The notes under the pieces: model-generated
What the model was told of the DNA's origin: nothing
Databases searched by the model: none
Seen by the model: only the letters and a program-made list of their open reading frames with translations
Program-made: the position numbers and the translations under genes
Part shown: in pieces, positions 22,028 through 27,193 of the stretch
Layout of the letters: every line of letters starts with the position of its first letter
Position numbering within the stretch: position 1 is the first letter of the stretch
Source of the DNA: Rhizaria sp. SCN 62-66
Taxonomy: Eukaryota
Reading direction: 5' to 3'
DNA: 27,193 bases
Assembly (NCBI GenBank): GCA_001724265.1
Contig: MEDY01000077.1
Span: forward strand, 62,001 to 89,193

Positions 22028-25000
22028 ATGAGCTTGACAACAACGACAAAGCGAGCCTCCCTCGGCGCCAGCGGCCTCCCCGCTTCGCCCTCCTCCTCTT
22101 CTTCCGCCGCTTCCGCCACTTTCCAGCAGCACCAACAACACGCTCTCTACCCGCTTGCGTCCGGTGCTTCCGACAACTCGCGCGCGAGCACATCAATGGC
22201 GACTGCGACCGACCCTTCGTCCCCGCTTTCGCGCCGGATGCTCCACGCCACCGTCATCAGCGCCACGTCGCCAGACTTATCTCTCTCAATTGCCAACGGC
22301 ACCGGCGTGTCCACGCCCGAGTCTGTGCTCCGCGGCCCGCGCTCGCAGCCGGCCTCGGGCGCTTCCACCGCCTCCGCCACCGGCTTCTCGGGCTCCAGCA
22401 GCAGCAAGCATGGCGGCCGCAGTGGCCGCAGCAGCGGCAGCCGCGCCGCGCCGATCCCCGCCGTGCCGTCGCTCTCCTCACCCCCGCCCCTCGGCATTGC
22501 GCCGGCGTACAGCGCACAGCAGTACTCGCACGCGCACTCGCACTCCGGCGGTCACGGCCACTCTAACACACACACGAGCACGATGATGCGCTTCGGCGCC
22601 GGCCTGCCCCGCTTCACCCCGACGCCGCCCGCCGCCGCCTCTGCCCACAGCCACGGCCACAGCCTCGGCCCCAACCACGGCCACGCTGCGGCCGCGGCGG
22701 CGTCTGCGGTCGCAGTCGGGTCTCTTAACGGGACCCACAACAACTGCAACAACAACCACAGCATCAACAGCACTAGCATCAACAGCAGCACCGGCGGCGG
22801 CAGCAACGGCTCCCTGATGTCGATGTCACACAACAGCAGCAGCAGCTGCTGTCTGAGCCCTGCGCTGGGCCCGACCCCGTACCCGCCCGTCGCCGTCACC
22901 GCCGCCACGCCCGCCGGTGCCCACGGTCACTTCAGCGCCGTCGTCGCCTCCTCCTCGAGCAGCAGCAGCAGCAACAGCCCTCCTGGCTATAGTGGCAACA
23001 GCGGTCACGCCAACAGTCGTCTCGCCAGTGCCAGTGCGAAACACCACGGCCACGGGGGGGGGCCTGCCTCCGCTGCTGCTGCTGCTGCTGCCGCTGCTGC
23101 TGCTGCTGCGGCAGCCGCTGCGTCTGCTAATGCGAACAACAACGCGAACGGACTGATGCCCTACGGCTTAACTTCCGCCGGCGGCCTAAATTCGCTCTCC
23201 GGCAGCGCGATGTTCGGCCCCGTCTCGCCCCCTCCGGCCCACGGTCACAGCCACGGAGGCCATTATCTCTCCAGTACGTCTGCGTCTGCTGCGTCTGCGG
23301 CCGCCGCTGGGAACACCGGCGCACACGCTCTCAACAACAACAGTGGCAGCGGCAGCAGCAGCGGCAGTGGCAGTCATGGCAACATCGGGAATACCGCGAT
23401 TGCGGCGACTGTGGGGTCGAGCTCAACGACGCTGCCGCTGCCGCTGCCGATGCCGCTCGTGGTGGGCGGCACCAACCCTCTGGCGCTCACACCGGCTCAG
23501 GGCAGCAACATGCCCGCAGGTTCTGCTGCTCACAGTCACTCTCTTGCCCACGGTCACTCCTTAGGTCACGGCCACAACCACCATCACCATAACCATCATA
23601 GCCATCACTCGTTGCACCAAATGGCCGTGGCGACGCCGCTGCACTCGCGCTCACACCAGCTGCACCACAGTACCCATGCCGCCCACAGTCACTCTGCCCA
23701 CGGTCACGGCCACCGGTCGCAGTCGCACTTGCACTCTTCGCCGTTTGCGATGGGCAGAGTCGCGCCCGCTGCCACACCCTATTCCAGCAACAGTAGTGGC
23801 ACGGGCAGTATTGGTAATGGCAGTCACAGTGCACTCACGATGACGTCATCATCGTCGTCTTCGTCCTCGTCCTCATCCTCGTCGTCGTCGTCGTCGTCGT
23901 CGTCGGTGGCCGGCAAGTCAGGAGGCGCGTACTTCCGCGGCCCCTTGGCCACGCCGCCGAGCCACTTACACGCCCACACCGCCACTCACAGCGGCAGCAG
24001 CAACAACAACAACAGCTCTAGCTCTAGTTCTGGTGATGGTGTTGGTTCGACAACACATGGCTCCAGTGACGCCACGGGCTCCAGCGACAGCGTCGCACTG
24101 GGCCGCCACCGGCGCCGCGCGCAGGGACACGGCGCGTACCCGCGGTCAGCGGCCCCCACGGGGCTCTCGGCGGCCGCGGCGGGTACCTCTGACGCTCACG
24201 GTCACCCTGAGCACGGCGACGGCCACGATGACGACGACGCCGACGACTTTGAGGGCAACAGCAACAATAATACCAGCATTGGCGACGGAAACAGCGCTGA
24301 CGGCAACGACGACTTCGACGACGACGATGAGACCAACAACAACAATGCTGCCGCCGCCGCCGCTGCCGCTGCTGCGCACAGCGCCCGCAACCGGTCTATG
24401 ATGCAGATGTGGCAGCGCTCGCGCGCGCCCGCGCACGCCAGTGCCCACTCGAGCGCCCACAGCCACGGCCACGCGAACAACAGTACTAGTGCGCGTGCCG
24501 GCGGGAATGTAAGTGGGAATGTAAGTGGGAACGTCAGTGTGACGCGCCAGTCGCTCCGCGGCGGCTACAGCGCGGGGGTGTACCTCTCGCTCCACACTGG
24601 CACTGGCACGCCCCCCTCGGCCTCGGTCCCCGCCGCCTCCGCCTCCGCCTCCGCCGCCGCCGCCGCCGCCGCCGCCGGTGCCGCTGGCGCGAACAACGGC
24701 ACCAACAGCGGCAGCGGCGGTGCCAACAACGGTGGACTCGGTCGCCGGAGCAGTCTGAGCAACATGAGTGCCGGCAGTGCGATCGCCGGTGCTGCTAGTG
24801 CTGCGGGAGCGACTCGCGGCACCCGCAGCCACAACAACCACAACGATGGCATGAGCGGCAGCAACAGCGCTGGTGGTGTCGACGACGACGACACCGACGA
24901 CCTTGCGTACAGCTCTCTCAACGCGAGCTCGGTCGCGAACGGCGCCGACTTAAGCTTTGACGCCAACGGCACCGGTTCAGCGGCCTCGTTATCGTCGTCC

Positions 25001-26997
25001 TCTGTCACCGCGACGGGCGGAGCCGTGCCCGTGACTGCCCCTCTGGCCGCCGCCGTCGCCGCCGCTGGCGCCGCGGGCGCTGGCCACCAGCCGCACACCA
25101 AGACCAAGGGCTGCAACTGCAAGAAGTCCCGCTGCCTGAAGCTCTACTGCGAGTGCTTCGCGCGCCAGGGCTACTGCGTGGGGTGCTCGTGCACGTGCTG
25201 CCACAACATCCCGCGGCACGACGAGGCCCGCCAGCGCGCCATCCAGCAGACGCTCGACCGCGACCCCAACGCCTTCTTCCGCGGTGTCAACGCGGGGCTC
25301 GTCGGCGCCGCCACCGCCGCCGCCGCCACGGCTGCCGCCGCTGCCGCCGCTGCCGCCGTGAGCGCGACCGGCGGCGCCGCCGCCGCCACCGGGGGCGCTG
25401 CTGGGGGGGCGGGCGCCGCGGCGGGCGCGGGCTCTGTGGGCGGCGACGGCTCTGCGATCGATCCCGACGCCGACCCCGCCGCCGCCGCAGCAGCAGCCGC
25501 CGCCGCCGCCGCTGCCGCCGCCGCCGCGGCCGCCGAGTCGGCCGCAAAGCACCGCAAGGGCTGCCACTGCAAGAAGAGTGGGTGCCTGAAAAAGTACTGC
25601 GAATGCTTCCTGGCCGGCGTGGCGTGCGGCGCGCACTGCAAGTGCCTCGACTGCCGCAACGGCACCTGCAGCAGCAAGCGCGACGACGGCGCGGGCACCG
25701 GCGCCGGTGTCGCTGCGGCGGCTTCCGCTGCGGCGGCGGCATCGGCGGCGGCGGGGGGCCATGGTGGCCACAGCCACGGCCACAATAGCAGGTCGGCCGC
25801 GGCCGCTGCTGCTGCGGCGGCGGCGGCTGCTGCGGCTGCTGCGGGCGCCGCTAGCCACAGGGGCAACGATGACGGCGACGACGCTGACGTTGCGTTGGAG
25901 AGCAGTCACAGCCACAAGCCCCATGGGCACGATGCTGGTGCTGCGGCTGCTGCTGCTGCTGCTGCTGCGAGCAGCGGTTTGTTGGGCAGCAATCTCATGT
26001 CGCTCACTGCCCACGGTCACCACGGCCACGGTCACTCTGCCCACAGTCACTCTGCCCACAGTCACTCTGCTCACGGTCACAGTCAGTCGTCGTCGTCACT
26101 GGTATTTACGCCGGCTCGTGGCTTGATGCCTGCACACAGTCCCATGCCGCAGTCAGTCGACCCCACGGGCACTGCGTCCGCGCTCAACATTCACGGCCAC
26201 CACAGTCACAGGCTCCACGGCCACTCTGCTCACGGTCACGGTGTGCTTGACTCGGCGAGCAACGGCTCTGTCGGCTCTTCCACTGCCCATAACAACAGCA
26301 GCAACAACAACAACAGCAGCAGCAGCAGCAGCAGCCTGACCCTGGGTCTCGACCTCACCACCCCCGGCCCCGTCGTCCCCGTCGACGTCGCCACCGGCGG
26401 CCTCGCGGGCAGCAACGGGCTCACTGCAGGTGGCTTCACTGGCACCAGCGGACTCATGTCGCACTCGATGGACCTGAGTCTCGGCATGTTCGCGCCGTAC
26501 CCCGCGCCCGCCGCCGCCACTGCTGCCGCCGTCTCTGGGGGCGCCTCGGGTTCCGTAGCCGCCGGTACACGCGGGGGCAGCGTCACAGGTTCCGTGATGC
26601 TCGGCGGCGGCGCCGGGTTCGTCTCGCACCGCGGGACGCCGGTACGCATGACCTCGCGTACCCCCGCACACCACGCGCATCACGCAATCGGACACGGGCG
26701 CAGTCCCGCGATCGCTCTGAGCGGCGGCGTCATCTCCAACAGCGACGCCAGCAACAGCAGCAGCAACGGGGCCGCGGCCCGCACACCCGGCACGCGCACG
26801 CCAGTCACTCGCAGTCCCGCGCGCGCTGTCGGCAGCGCCATGGGCGGTGCAGCAGATGTCGACGTCGCAGCCGCGGCGGCCTCGTTCCTCGCCTTCACGC
26901 CAGCACCCCCCCTCACCACCACGAGCAGCAACAGCAATAGCAACGGCAGCAGCAACAGCAACAGCATCAGTACTGCGGCGAATGACACCGTCACTGC

Positions 26998-27035
<38 letters not shown>

Positions 27036-27193
27036 GTGGCAGTGGCAGTGGCAGCGGTGGCGACGCAAGCGCTCTGCTCACGGTCACCGCCCCCGTCGTG
27101 CTCACGGTCACTCCGGTGCTCACAGTCACCCCGACGGCGCGGCGTGTGCTCGCTCTGCCCCCCGCCCCCGCCCCCGCCCCCGCCCCCGCCCCC
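22028..27193 (+). CDS. LIN54/tesmin/TSO1-like CRC (tandem CXC) DNA-binding protein, >1720 aa, runs off the window end
   Basis: ATG at 22028. I found no stop in the stretches read by hand, and the ORF track reports no ORF ending in this frame, so it appears open to the window end. CXC1 GCNCKKSRCLKLYCECFARQGYCVGCSCTCCHN (~25108-25208), hinge RDPNAF, CXC2 KHRKGCHCKKSGCLKKYCECFLAGVACGAHCKCLDCRN (~25547-25660). The rest is His/Gly/Ala/Ser/Asn low complexity. Confidence 0.9.
27156..27193 (+). repeat. (GCCCCC)n hexamer tract at the window end
   Basis: Direct gccccc repeats; they read Pro-Ala in the LIN54-like frame. Confidence 0.85.

Noticed and set aside
22147-27129. Many ORFs on both strands over the LIN54-like gene, including the Cys-containing 25171-25866 (-)
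   Set aside because: Antisense or off-frame shadows; the CXC motifs read correctly only in the + frame from 22028.

Overview
Gene-dense eukaryotic (protist-like) nuclear DNA with GC-rich exons full of Ala/Ser/Gly/His/Gln low-complexity tracts and AT-rich spliceosomal introns; CFAP206 implies a flagellated organism. Hand-spliced models give ten protein genes: a 5'-truncated low-complexity protein with a LamG-like C-terminus (+), a small secreted Cys-rich protein (-), a ubiquitin-like protein lacking di-Gly (+), Rab2 (-), a large TBC1D5-like RabGAP (-), a small single-TM Tom6-like protein (+), a PH-domain protein (-), CFAP206 (+), MED6 (-) and a 3'-truncated LIN54/tesmin CRC-domain protein (+). 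The most striking locus is MED6: one in-frame TAG interrupts its conserved domain, and its only coding-region intron hosts a box C/D snoRNA with a 12-nt LSU rRNA guide (snR64/SNORD74-type). Also notable: none of the nine complete genes ends in TAG, coding-intron donors are almost all GTACGT, the TBC1D5 tail has FAM21-like LF-acidic motifs, and six genes have a splice acceptor just upstream of the ATG. No mobile elements, rRNA, tRNA or CRISPR were seen. All family assignments come from motif recognition by eye, with no database searches.
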